A stretch of 64,000 nucleotides of DNA from Myxococcota bacterium (GTDB lineage: Bacteria > Myxococcota_A > SURF-8): NCBI GenBank assembly GCA_965140415.1, contig OZ223209.1:3360001-3424000 (forward strand), given 5' to 3'. Under the pieces are notes generated by a model. That model did no database searches. It saw only the letters and a list, made by a program, of their open reading frames with translations, and had not been told where the DNA came from. Both the position numbers and the translations under genes were made by a program. Shown piece after piece: positions 1 to 9,843 of this stretch (position 1 is the stretch's first letter; each line of letters starts with the position of its first letter).

Positions 1-237
1 GCGCGTAATGACATCCTGCTCTGGGACGTCGGTGGCTACAATTCGGGTGCTGATTCGCACCATTCGGTCAACGATCGGAATGATCCAGCGGAATCCCGGC
101 TCCAAAGACTTGGTAATGCGCCCAAAGCGAAATACCACACCGCGCTCGTATTGGTTCAAAATGCGGATACCAGAGAACGCAAGGATACCCAAAACGCCGA
201 TGAATATCACAAAACCAGTAACAAATAGAGAACCCAT
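1..237 (-). CDS. SPFH/band-7 (slipin/stomatin-like) membrane protein, N-terminal part (runs off window)
   Basis: Not in the ORF track. Manual translation MGSLFVTGFVIFIGVLGILAFSGIRILNQYERGVVFRFGR...PGFRWIIPIVDRMVRISTRIVATDVPEQDVITR shows the typical SPFH N-terminus; AAGGAG RBS at 245-250. Confidence 0.85.
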   Translation of the reverse strand, partial: MGSLFVTGFVIFIGVLGILAFSGIRILNQYERGVVFRFGRITKSLEPGFRWIIPIVDRMVRISTRIVATDVPEQDVITR

Positions 238-269
238 TATGAATCTCCTTCGTTTAAATCTACAAGTAC

Positions 270-311
270 ACTGTATGCCTTTGGCTTACATATCGTCTAT
301 ACGGAAGTTTG
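270..311 (-). promoter_or_regulatory. Putative promoter, copy 1 of a duplicated 42-bp element
   Basis: 35/42 identical to 7409-7450; minus strand reads TAGACG-N18-TACAGT upstream of the SPFH gene. Confidence 0.55.
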
Positions 312-520
312 GAAGATCTAATGCGGAAATATCTAAGTATTGTACCTTCCTTGTTGAGAGTCCGCTTATGCCAAGCGCAGCATTGCAGAGAAGATCAGAT
401 TGAATCGAATCCACCGGACAGCCCCTGGCATTCTGTCTGCAACAGTATCAAAACACTGAAAAACGCAGAGAGTCTTTGAATGTACATTCTCTGCCGACCT
501 TCAAAAATTCGGGGGTTGTG

Positions 521-1705
521 TTACCAATTTTTCATCCGAACCGTGTCGAATAGCGAAGTTTTCCCGGTTTCCACGCACTCCACCGCATATAGGTACATGG
601 CCGCAGACCAGGTTTGCCAATCTTGACCGCAGGGAAGGCCGTCTTGGGCCCGGATCCATTCATTGAACCCAAAATCGAGATCGGGATTCCTGGAGCAACG
701 GACAAGTTCACTCAAAGCAGCCAGCTTCTGCTCAGCTAAGTGTTGTCTTCCAGTTGCTATCAGCGCGGCAATATAGAATCCGCAAACAAATGGCCAGATA
801 CCTCCGTTGTGATATTCACCTGGATTGTTGAACTTCTTGTACCTGCTTCTCCAATCTGGGTCTGAGGGCTGTATGAATGGGAAAAAGTTTGGAGGAAGAT
901 CGACCGCCAGATTGCCTTCTTCGCGCAAGGCCTGACAGCTTGACTCAACCCAGTCGATGATAGACTCCGCTTTTTTACGAGAGGCAATGCCGGACAGTAT
1001 CGCCAGGCTGTTGCCGAGGAGATCGAATCGCTCACTATGGTAAAGCTTGTATGACCAGAGTGCGAAATGCGGTCTGTTTTCAAGCACAAGGCCCTCTTGC
1101 ATATGCGACGGAGTAAAACCGTCGATGTGCACCGGCTTGTTCATGTTCGTCTCCTGCTGATCCGCTCTCTCATCGTGTCCGAATAACCTGAGATACGCAC
1201 AAACCAGTGCATTCACATAAAGACCATAACCTAATACCCACTGCTCGTCCCGCCAGTCGCTTGTAGGCTGCTGAGCGACGATTACGGCATTCGTGGGACT
1301 TTGGTATTCCATCCAGCGGATGGCTTTTGAGACGGCTTCTTCGAGAAATTCGGAGTCTCCCGCGGCCTTCCTGTATGCAGCGGTCCCGATTAAAAACAGC
1401 GGCGTTGTATCGCTTGCACCCAGATCCCCAGGATCGTCGGCCAGACCTGAAATAAGACCCAAAGGACTTTGACTGTTGGAAAGGGCGATTAGCGTGCGAC
1501 GCAAAGAGTCAACCAATTCCTCATTACCGCTCGATAAAATCCCAAGCGATGAAATCATCAAGTCGCGGGTGTAGGGTTCCGGGTACCCCCACGCGGCGGT
1601 GCGCGGTAGGCCAGATCGTCCCGAACGCGCGTTATTCAACAGTACGTTCAATGCCACCTGTCTGGCTTTTTCCCCATCTCCATCAATTTTCGATTTTATT
1701 TCCAC
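521..1705 (-). CDS. (alpha/alpha)6 glycoside hydrolase (GH100 invertase / amylo-alpha-1,6-glucosidase-like)
   Basis: YTRD, DWRD, YHNGGIWPF, FNEW and QTWSAA motifs. Confidence 0.75.
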   Translation of the reverse strand: MEIKSKIDGDGEKARQVALNVLLNNARSGRSGLPRTAAWGYPEPYTRDLMISSLGILSSGNEELVDSLRRTLIALSNSQSPLGLISGLADDPGDLGASDTTPLFLIGTAAYRKAAGDSEFLEEAVSKAIRWMEYQSPTNAVIVAQQPTSDWRDEQWVLGYGLYVNALVCAYLRLFGHDERADQQETNMNKPVHIDGFTPSHMQEGLVLENRPHFALWSYKLYHSERFDLLGNSLAILSGIASRKKAESIIDWVESSCQALREEGNLAVDLPPNFFPFIQPSDPDWRSRYKKFNNPGEYHNGGIWPFVCGFYIAALIATGRQHLAEQKLAALSELVRCSRNPDLDFGFNEWIRAQDGLPCGQDWQTWSAAMYLYAVECVETGKTSLFDTVRMKNW

Positions 1706-1715
1706 CTAGCTATTC

Positions 1716-2858
1716 CTAAGAAATACCGAGCTTATTCGAGACGATGTCCACAAACTTACGCGCGACCACTCGGTAGTCGTAATTGGCTTTCACCCGTTCT
1801 CGACCCGTTGCCCCCATTCGTTGTCGCAGTTGTGCATCCTCCATAAGTTTAAGCAAGTGCTCCGCGATACTGTGAACGCTGGCGCGATAGTCGGCCACCC
1901 TTGGATTTGGAAATACAATGCGACGTGCGTTTTCAAATCCCTGATCCTCGCCAACGATTGCTTCCTTAACCCAGACTTCACTGGCCACATCCGCCAAAAA
2001 TGCAGTTTCACCGTGCACAAGCGTGTCAAGCAAGGCCATGGCGCGGATACCAAGCACCGGTTTGCCGCAAGCTCCAGCTTCCACCTGGGGCATGCCGAAG
2101 CCTTCGAGTCTCGACGGTCCGGCATAAATGTCGCAGGCTGCGATAAGGTAAGGCAGGAAATTCCTGGAATTCTTGCTCATGGTGAACACCACGTTTTTTT
2201 CGATTCCCAGATGATGGGCGAGTTGGAGATCCTCCATGTTCTGTTTTTCGGTACGCTCTTGAGGCCAGACCTTGCAGACATATTTCCAGTCTGGGATCTG
2301 GGTATCGATCATGGCTAGTGCCTGCATGACCTCCTGCGCACCCTTTGAGGCTGCATCACCACCAACGGTTAAGATCATTATCTGATCCGGAGCCACTCCC
2401 AGTGTCTCGCGCACGGCTCTGACCTTTGGATCGTCTCTATCGCGGGGAATGAACGAATCGGTGTCGCATCCTACCGGCAACACTTCGAAATTGTCTGTTT
2501 TCACTCCGTCGCGGGCGTAGACTTCCTTAACCCAATTAGAGGTCACCAGCACTAGGGGCAAGCTTTGCAACACTTCCTGAAAATTGCCGACATAGCCGTC
2601 GGCCACGAGCCATGGTATAGGCTGTACCCCATATCGTTGAGGATGCAGCACCAGATGCGGCGTATGCCCCCAATAGCCAATTCCGACCATCACATCAGGT
2701 TTAAACCAACGATAATACCACTCCTTCTCCTGGGCCGACTCAAGGTTTGTCGCGTGAGCATCCACGCCGAGTTCCTTCAATCCTCTGTAAAGGAGATCCC
2801 CTTGCGTAGCCAGTCCGCCGGGAGAAGGTGGATAGTCATACAGTGCGAGGACTTTCAT
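1716..2858 (-). CDS. Glycosyltransferase family 4
   Basis: PSRLEGFGMPQVEAGACGKPV (E-x7-E) motif. Confidence 0.9.
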   Translation of the reverse strand: MKVLALYDYPPSPGGLATQGDLLYRGLKELGVDAHATNLESAQEKEWYYRWFKPDVMVGIGYWGHTPHLVLHPQRYGVQPIPWLVADGYVGNFQEVLQSLPLVLVTSNWVKEVYARDGVKTDNFEVLPVGCDTDSFIPRDRDDPKVRAVRETLGVAPDQIMILTVGGDAASKGAQEVMQALAMIDTQIPDWKYVCKVWPQERTEKQNMEDLQLAHHLGIEKNVVFTMSKNSRNFLPYLIAACDIYAGPSRLEGFGMPQVEAGACGKPVLGIRAMALLDTLVHGETAFLADVASEVWVKEAIVGEDQGFENARRIVFPNPRVADYRASVHSIAEHLLKLMEDAQLRQRMGATGRERVKANYDYRVVARKFVDIVSNKLGIS

Positions 2859-2859
2859 T

Positions 2860-3603
2860 TTACGATCCTTTTGTCTCGATCATTTCGCCTGCACCATGAA
2901 CCGTTAGAGAAACATATTGCCGTTGCCAGGCAAGCGCTTCTTCGGATGTGGAAAAGCGCCAGAAGGCTTCTTTTTTCGGAGTGGTCATCGCTTCCCAAGA
3001 GTCACTAGAAAAACCGTATACTTCGAGAATAATGGCCAGTTTCTTACGCCAAATATTTTCGGGGAGTAGAAGATCTAGATGAGCTTCTTCTATCGCTCTG
3101 GGGCAGTGCGCCTTTGCATCGTCCGTATAAGCGAACATCCACAATTCCTTGGCGATCAACTCGCCGGTATGCCATAGATGTAGAGCCGCCTGGCTTACTT
3201 CCTCGTGCCTCAGATGCCGTGTATATTCACCAAAAGGGCTGTGGGTTATGATCACATTAAAATCCCTGTTATCGAGATCGAGTTTTATGGCATTTTGCAG
3301 AACAGAGTCGGGCAGCGGATATTGGTCGGGTCCATCGTCCATATTGCCAATGCTTCCCTGTCCGCCGAGGCGCTTAACCGCACTGAAAAACTTGGGTCGT
3401 CTATCCAGATCATTCCCACGACAGAGCGAGACCACTTTCCATCTCCAATCGGGGTGCATGAGCATGGTGCCGCCGACCCATAAGGTTTCGTCATCCGGGT
3501 GGGCCACGACAACCAGCACCCGAGGTTCCGATCCGAGCGATATGTCGGAAATGTTCCGATTATCCGATTTACTCAACTTATTCCCGTCCATGTTGAATCT
3601 CAC
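2860..3603 (-). CDS. PIG-L/LmbE family N-deacetylase
   Basis: VVAHPDDE motif; THSPFGEY..H.RH second metal motif. Confidence 0.88.
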   Translation of the reverse strand: MRFNMDGNKLSKSDNRNISDISLGSEPRVLVVVAHPDDETLWVGGTMLMHPDWRWKVVSLCRGNDLDRRPKFFSAVKRLGGQGSIGNMDDGPDQYPLPDSVLQNAIKLDLDNRDFNVIITHSPFGEYTRHLRHEEVSQAALHLWHTGELIAKELWMFAYTDDAKAHCPRAIEEAHLDLLLPENIWRKKLAIILEVYGFSSDSWEAMTTPKKEAFWRFSTSEEALAWQRQYVSLTVHGAGEMIETKGS

Positions 3604-3668
3604 TTCATTTCACGCGACGCTACACCTTGAGTCGTCCTTTAAGAAATACCACCTTTCTCTCCGGTAAC

Positions 3669-4685
3669 TTATTGATCCTCATCGCTTTCCGCTGACTTTC
3701 TGCGATCGAAGAAAGTCTCTTTTGCTTCACAATCGTTCTGATCGAGCCACTTTAGGAGACCACGAATACTACCTGTCGCCAGCGCAATGCTCGTATCTGC
3801 GGCACCGTAGTATAGGTTGATTGTGTCGCCATCGGAGGCGATCGTGTAGCCGCAAGGAAACGCTACGTTATTCACGTCTCCAATGAGTTCGTATGGTGTT
3901 TCCGGTCCAAATATCCACGAATCTCCACGGAGTAGAAGTTCTGTCGGTTTTTCAAGATCAAAGAGTGCAAGCCCAAGGCGATAAAGCGACCCTGAACCCG
4001 TGGTCCGAACTCCGTGATAAATCATCAGCCAGCCTCGTGAGGTCTCGATCAGTGGTGGCGAAAGGCCGATTTTGTTTGCATCCCACCATGCGCCTTTGCG
4101 CGCCATCAGCAGCGGCTTGTGCGTTCCCCAGTTGCTCAAATCGGGTGAATAGGTGATCCAGATATGCGCCGTTGTGTGGTTTGCTGGACGGTGAATCAGT
4201 GCGAATCTTCCATCAATTCGTCTGGGGAGCAGCGCTGCGTCTTTGTCGTCAGGCTGCATAATGACGCCGTAACGCTTGAACTGGTGAAAGTCCTCCGTCA
4301 TGGCAAGAGCCACACAGGGACCGCCTTTGCTGAAAGCTGTATAGGTGATTGCGTATTTCCCAAGTTCATCGATGTAGGTAATACGAGGGTCTTCGATGCC
4401 CCATTTTTCTTCAGGGAAGTTTTGAGGGTCGGGGAAAAGTGTTGGCTTGCTGTCGATAACCCACTCATCGATACCGTTCACCGAGCGCGCAGCACAGAAG
4501 TGGGAATGGCCGCGGCGATCCTCCACCCTGCACAGCAGCAACGTCGTACCATCCTTGAGCAATGTAGCACCAGGATTGAAGACCGTATGGACGGGATAAG
4601 GCCAATCGGCTGCGGTCAGGATCGGATTCGCCTTGTTACGATGAAAGAGTATCTCGTAAGCAGGCGCTTTCTTGCTATCGGTCAT
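3669..4685 (-). CDS. GH130 glycosidase / glycoside phosphorylase
   Basis: FNPGA, GIEDPRI, DKDAALLP, YHGV and YYGAAD motifs. Confidence 0.88.
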   Translation of the reverse strand: MTDSKKAPAYEILFHRNKANPILTAADWPYPVHTVFNPGATLLKDGTTLLLCRVEDRRGHSHFCAARSVNGIDEWVIDSKPTLFPDPQNFPEEKWGIEDPRITYIDELGKYAITYTAFSKGGPCVALAMTEDFHQFKRYGVIMQPDDKDAALLPRRIDGRFALIHRPANHTTAHIWITYSPDLSNWGTHKPLLMARKGAWWDANKIGLSPPLIETSRGWLMIYHGVRTTGSGSLYRLGLALFDLEKPTELLLRGDSWIFGPETPYELIGDVNNVAFPCGYTIASDGDTINLYYGAADTSIALATGSIRGLLKWLDQNDCEAKETFFDRRKSAESDEDQ

Positions 4686-7168
4686 AATGTGGCCTTTCCA
4701 ATGCCTGTCTTTTTCGTGTCTTCACGAAAAGATTGAATGGTTGAAACAGAAGTACGCATCTCGACAAGGGCCAAGAGGAAAGATAACGTTGATTCCGCTC
4801 CCTGGTTTTCATTCGGTCGATCCGCGTGAAGTCCGTCACGACAACCACCGGTGTTGGGATCGTAAAGTGATTGTTGCAGTTGGTTTTCCCCAAGGAACCA
4901 GTTGAACGCGCGCCTGGCTTCCAATGCCCAATTCCCATCTCCCGTAATACGCTGAGCTGTAAGGCAGGCCGAGATCATCGCACAGGCCTCGACAGGTTGC
5001 TGGTCGAACTCGGCCTTGTTTCCGCCTTTTTCGTAAAAACCGTTCGATCCAATCGGAGCGAAATATCCATCCACGAAAGGCGACTGTTGAACCTCACAAA
5101 GCCAGGCAAGCGATTGCAGTCCGGCCAACTTCATTTCTTCGTGCTCCATTCGCCATCCGGACACAATGAGGGCTTGTGATAGGCGGGCGTTGCAATACGT
5201 CACCCGTTCCTCAAACCAGGGCCAGTCAGGACTGCTCACACGCTGGTATAGATCGAACAGGCGCTCGGCCAGATGATTACGAAGCTCTTTAGCGTCCCTC
5301 TCACCCTGGAATGCGGACAGATATGCATCGATTCCCAGAAGCGTGTAGGCCCATGCACGTGGGCTATCAAATTCATTGACCTTTTGCAGTGCGTCACGGA
5401 AGAGAGAGTCGGCAAGTGCACGGCGTCCCGGGTCGCCTGAGCGATTGATTACGAAACCGAGCGCCCAAACCGCTCGCCCATGGCTATCCTCTGAGCCGTG
5501 TTTTTCGGCCCATTGTCTAGTATATGACATAAAATTGCGGAACAGTCCGCCTTGTGTATCGAATGCATGCCGCACAAAAGCCAAGTATCGGGATCCAAGC
5601 GGGTTGACCGCTTTGATGTCCTTGATACCTGAGCCTTCAATAAGAGATATTAAAAGCAATGCTCTGGCATTGTCATCCAGACAATATCCGTCTTCGTAAC
5701 GAGGAACGCTGAATGCCGCATGTTGCAGGATTCCCGTGCCATCACTCAAGCGCTCAAGATGTTCCATGTTGATTTCGGGCAAATCAATTGATTTCTCTTG
5801 GAATGTTTGGGGTTTACGAACCAATCGAGGCCGATTGAGGTGCTCATTTCGCGCTCGTTCGAAGCTGCGAACATAGTCGTTCGCCACCTCGGGCCAATGC
5901 ATACCTTTACCGTAGGCCGCTGCACGTGCACAAAGTGCGAGGCGTTTTCCATCGTCATCAAGTAGTCCTATTACAGCGCGTTCGATACCTTGCGGATCGT
6001 CCTTCGGCCACGGTACAAGAATTCCACGACCGCTTGACAGAAGTTCCTTTGCATAAGTGTAAGGTGTTGAAATAGTAGCCTTCCCGTTACCAACCGAGTA
6101 GGCTAGTGTTCCAGACGTGATCTGTTCCGGATTGAGATAGGGTGTAACGTAGATGTCCGCAGCGGAAAGATATTCATTGAGTTCGTCCTGGCTCACAAAG
6201 CTGTTGTGAAAAATAACATTGGAATCCAACCCCGATTCATGCACAAGATTCTCAAGCATGTCGCGATACGTCTCGCCTTGGCTCTCCTTGACATGCGGAT
6301 GCGTAACTCCCAGCACGATGTATACCGCATCCGGGTGGCGCTTCAGAATCGCAGGCATTGCATTGATGACATGCTCGATTCCTTTGCCGGGTGAGACGAA
6401 CCCGAAGGTCAGGATCACCGATTTATGTTCAACTTCAAGCTTTTGCCTGCTTCGCTTGGCATTCGGCAGTGTTGGAATCCCATGAGGAACGACATCGATT
6501 TTTTCATCCGCAACGTTGTGAACCACGCGCAGAATGTCTGCGCCGTCTGTGCTCATGACCACCAGACGTTCTGAAAGCCGCGTAAGCTCATCCATTGCAA
6601 GACGCTGCATGGGGTTTGGATTTTCAAGGATCGTGTGAAGTGTCGTCACGATAGGCATGCGCAAGTCGCGAAGCAATGCTAAAATATGGCTACCGGCCTC
6701 TCCGCCAAAGATCCCATACTCGTGCTGTAAGGACACCAGCTCGACACGGCTGACGTTCAGGAAGTCTGCGGCGCGCCGGTAGGAAGCGGCATCGGTCGCC
6801 CTGATCTCATGCCGAACCTGCTCCGGATAATCATAGCTATGGTCGGCGTCATTCATTGCCAAGACGAAACATTCGAGTGCCGAGAATCTGGTTCTGATCG
6901 CTTCTCGTAAATGGGTCGTGAACGTGGCGATTCCACATTGACGTGGCAAATGATTTCCAATCATAGCGATTTTATTAAGACTGGTTGTGGGTTTGTTTGG
7001 GATCGCCAGTTGCTTGGCAAAATGAAATTGCTTAAGCGAAGTCCTATCGCTATGCTCTACTTCTGCTCTGCTTGTGTTGTTTGAATTGGTCGAGGAGCGT
7101 TCGTTATGAAGCGTTTCAGTTGTTTGTACACTCGAACATTGAGATTCGTTTGAAGGTGTTTCACTCAT
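4682..7168 (-). CDS. GT4 glycosyltransferase fused to a C-terminal (alpha/alpha)-barrel glycosidase-like domain
   Basis: PRQCGIATFT, QHEYGIFGG and SGTLAY in the N-half; GYCLDDNARAL, FDQQPVE and NQGAESTL in the C-half; 4-nt overlap with the GH130 gene. Confidence 0.82.
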   Translation of the reverse strand: MSETPSNESQCSSVQTTETLHNERSSTNSNNTSRAEVEHSDRTSLKQFHFAKQLAIPNKPTTSLNKIAMIGNHLPRQCGIATFTTHLREAIRTRFSALECFVLAMNDADHSYDYPEQVRHEIRATDAASYRRAADFLNVSRVELVSLQHEYGIFGGEAGSHILALLRDLRMPIVTTLHTILENPNPMQRLAMDELTRLSERLVVMSTDGADILRVVHNVADEKIDVVPHGIPTLPNAKRSRQKLEVEHKSVILTFGFVSPGKGIEHVINAMPAILKRHPDAVYIVLGVTHPHVKESQGETYRDMLENLVHESGLDSNVIFHNSFVSQDELNEYLSAADIYVTPYLNPEQITSGTLAYSVGNGKATISTPYTYAKELLSSGRGILVPWPKDDPQGIERAVIGLLDDDGKRLALCARAAAYGKGMHWPEVANDYVRSFERARNEHLNRPRLVRKPQTFQEKSIDLPEINMEHLERLSDGTGILQHAAFSVPRYEDGYCLDDNARALLLISLIEGSGIKDIKAVNPLGSRYLAFVRHAFDTQGGLFRNFMSYTRQWAEKHGSEDSHGRAVWALGFVINRSGDPGRRALADSLFRDALQKVNEFDSPRAWAYTLLGIDAYLSAFQGERDAKELRNHLAERLFDLYQRVSSPDWPWFEERVTYCNARLSQALIVSGWRMEHEEMKLAGLQSLAWLCEVQQSPFVDGYFAPIGSNGFYEKGGNKAEFDQQPVEACAMISACLTAQRITGDGNWALEARRAFNWFLGENQLQQSLYDPNTGGCRDGLHADRPNENQGAESTLSFLLALVEMRTSVSTIQSFREDTKKTGIGKATL

Positions 7169-7408
7169 CGGAATCCTCCTTTTTCATTCCAGACGAACCA
7201 TTTTTCGAGGTTTGTCCGATTGGTATGATCACACCTTTCCAGCGTTGTAGTCACCTTACGGAGGAAAAGATCGGCCAGACAGCCACAACAAGCAACGGGG
7301 GCGATGATAATCGTGGATACGGCAATGATCGCTTTTATCGTTTCTACCGATCAAACTAGGCTCGATAGAAAGAGGTGTTCATCTGCCTTGGCCCGATTCT
7401 ACTCGCTC

Positions 7409-7450
7409 ACTATATGACTCTGGCTTGCATGTCGTCTATAAGGTAGTTTG
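7409..7450 (-). promoter_or_regulatory. Putative promoter, copy 2 of a duplicated 42-bp element
   Basis: 35/42 identical to 270-311; minus strand reads TAGACG-N18-TATAGT upstream of the glycosyltransferase operon. Confidence 0.55.
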
Positions 7451-7761
7451 AGCAAAATGCATCGATAAATACGAAGTGTTTGTGCCCAAAACTCCCTCTT
7501 CCATCACACTTCGCTAATTTCGAATGGAACTAGCCGTATTCCGTTATTGTCTGGCCATCCCTTCAGCGCTAGTAATGAATTGGAGGCATGTCTCTTGATC
7601 TGACGAGAATATGGCAACATGAATAGCCTGCAACCGATTTCAAGTGTACCGGCATGTTAATGGGTATCAGCAGCCCTTGAATGGATGGTATTTAGGAGAA
7701 AACCCGTGTTCACTCATCATGAAACTGTGGTGATCATCATCTCAGATAATAAGATTCCAAC

Positions 7762-8901
7762 ATGAACGATGATATTGAAGTCTACAAAAAGAGGCTGGCG
7801 CTTGAAAAAAGTGCCCGTCTTCAAGCGGAAAAGATAGCCGAGGAAAACAGTCGTGAGCTTTATCTGAAGCAGGTCGAATTGGAGAAATCGTTCGCGGCAC
7901 TAGAGAGTACAAAGCTGGAGATCGAAACGCTGCTCAAAGCGTTGAAGGACTTCACAAACACTCTTGATCCATCCACCATTGTTGATCATCTACGCGGGTT
8001 CATTGAGGGAGAAATGTCCGAATTCATCGCGACCATTTCGGTTGTAGCGAGAGAAGAATCGGCGGGAATCAATTATCGTATGAATCCGGAAGGATGCCGC
8101 TCTATCGAGACCGACTGCAAGATTTTCTTCAGGTTAACAAGATTACACGTGGCCGAACTGGCTGGTTCTTCTTGTATCCTGAACGAAGTTGACGACGCAA
8201 TCCTGAAAGAGCTGAAAAGTCCTGCACCAACTCTGCTTGTTCCGTTGATCTCACATGGAATAGCAATCGGTTTTCTGGCAATACACGGCATGCAGGAAAA
8301 CTGCGATGCGACAAACATAAGGTTTTTCCAAGCGTTGGCTAATGAAGTGGCAGTATCTTTGCAAAATGCATTGCTTTACCGGGAAATCGACCGGCTTTCC
8401 AGAATTGACCCTCTGACGGGACTTATGAATCGCCGAAGCTTTACAGTTTCGGCAATCAGGTTTTTGCAACTTGCCATCCGGTATAACAAACCTCTATCGG
8501 CAGCGATGCTGGATATCGATTTCTTTAAAAAGGTCAATGACACTTACGGTCATGCGATGGGTGATGACGTTTTGAAAAGCGTGGCAAAAACCTGCGAAGG
8601 CCTCATTCGCCGATCGGACATTGTCGGGAGGTTTGGTGGAGAAGAATTTTGTTTCCTGTTTCCGGAAACAGCAGTCGAAAGCGCCAGTTTGTTAGCCGAG
8701 AGAATCCGGGTTGCCATATCGAGTCTGACCTTTGAATCCGAAGGGCAAAACTTCCAAGTGACAGCCAGCATCGGATTGGCTGAGTTGCACGGTGAAGCGG
8801 ATTCCCTTGAAACCATGCTTTCTCGAAGTGATGAAGCGCTTTATCAAGCCAAGGAGAGCGGGCGTGATAGGGTTGTGGTGTGGAATGAGAAGACAAAATG
8901 A
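7762..8901 (+). CDS. GAF-containing diguanylate cyclase
   Basis: DPLTGLMNRR, DIDFFKKVND, and an RxxD I-site followed by GGEEF. Confidence 0.92.
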   Translation: MNDDIEVYKKRLALEKSARLQAEKIAEENSRELYLKQVELEKSFAALESTKLEIETLLKALKDFTNTLDPSTIVDHLRGFIEGEMSEFIATISVVAREESAGINYRMNPEGCRSIETDCKIFFRLTRLHVAELAGSSCILNEVDDAILKELKSPAPTLLVPLISHGIAIGFLAIHGMQENCDATNIRFFQALANEVAVSLQNALLYREIDRLSRIDPLTGLMNRRSFTVSAIRFLQLAIRYNKPLSAAMLDIDFFKKVNDTYGHAMGDDVLKSVAKTCEGLIRRSDIVGRFGGEEFCFLFPETAVESASLLAERIRVAISSLTFESEGQNFQVTASIGLAELHGEADSLETMLSRSDEALYQAKESGRDRVVVWNEKTK

Positions 8902-8951
8902 AGAATTCGACTGTCAAGTACTGTTGTACCTCCTTTCCCATAACGAACAGT

Positions 8952-8979
8952 AAAAAAAAGGAAGAGGCGGTCCTCTTCC
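8952..8979 (-). terminator. Intrinsic terminator closing the Ubl-E2-JAB operon
   Basis: Minus strand GGAAGAGG-ACCG-CCTCTTCC-TTTTTTTT, 9 nt after the JAB stop. Confidence 0.85.
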
Positions 8980-8988
8980 AGTTATTTG

Positions 8989-9843
8989 CTATCTGGATTG
9001 ATAATTAGCCGCTTTATCAACATACAGATATTCCCCCAGCACCTGCAGCACCGACCACGGATCGATCACCCGGACATCGCCACCGAGAATACCGTCCAGG
9101 ATGACCCAGAACTCGTCCAGGTCGCCCTGCCAGTCCTCGACGGCGTCAAGCAATTCCGCCGCTTGGTTGGGGTTCAGGCCGACCAATTGCAGTTCGGTGA
9201 AGATATCATCGTTGTCATCGGGCGTTGCGTTGCTGGTGTGTTCGGTGAATCGGCGATCCAGTCCAAGTTCAAGTTCCTCATCCGGCCAGACCAGTCCCCA
9301 GGGCGCGGCGGGTGCGTGGACCTTGTCGCGCAGCTCTTTTTCCAGCGCCTCGTCACGTTCCACGCTGGCCAGGAAGCCCACCTTGATCTGATCGACCGTG
9401 ATGCGCCAGGGATGGTACAGGTCCAGCCGGGCGCGGAAATGTCCGGCCTTGTTCGTGACGATGCTGACCAGCCAGTCGTCGTTACTCATCTGCTCGATGG
9501 TGTCGGCATCTTCCGAGGACCAGAAGCAGTTCATGTCGGCATGGCTGTGCGCCCAGCAGCGCAGGTCGGACACGTCGTATCCGACCTTGACCAGTTCCGT
9601 CATCAGCGCGCCCATGCTCTCGCGGTCAGGGCTGGTGTGGGAATCCGTGCAGGTCTGCTCCGGCAGGAAGAAGGTTTTCACGACGATGGCTCCGCTGTCT
9701 TTGTCAACTTCTGTCACACCGAAGCAGGAAAATTCTCCCCGCGCCGCCTGCGTCCAGACACGCAATTGCCGCTCCGCCTCATCCGACAACAACACCTCCG
9801 GAATCCGGTTCGTCAGCTTCCGCTTCGTCTCCGTCGGTTCCAT
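8989..9843 (-). CDS. JAB/MPN+ metallopeptidase (deubiquitinase-like)
   Basis: Upstream Glu (GEFS) and WAHSHADMNCFWSSED = H-x-H-x7-S-x2-D. Start re-placed at MEPTETK; the longer ORF call runs through the E2 gene's 3' end. Confidence 0.85.
   Translation of the reverse strand: MEPTETKRKLTNRIPEVLLSDEAERQLRVWTQAARGEFSCFGVTEVDKDSGAIVVKTFFLPEQTCTDSHTSPDRESMGALMTELVKVGYDVSDLRCWAHSHADMNCFWSSEDADTIEQMSNDDWLVSIVTNKAGHFRARLDLYHPWRITVDQIKVGFLASVERDEALEKELRDKVHAPAAPWGLVWPDEELELGLDRRFTEHTSNATPDDNDDIFTELQLVGLNPNQAAELLDAVEDWQGDLDEFWVILDGILGGDVRVIDPWSVLQVLGEYLYVDKAANYQSR

Noticed and set aside
8-403. 131-aa plus-strand ORF
   Set aside because: Antisense to a recognisable SPFH gene start.
7165-7340. Possible short Cys-containing minus-strand frame overlapping the GT4 start
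   Set aside because: No standard start codon or RBS after the upstream in-frame stop.
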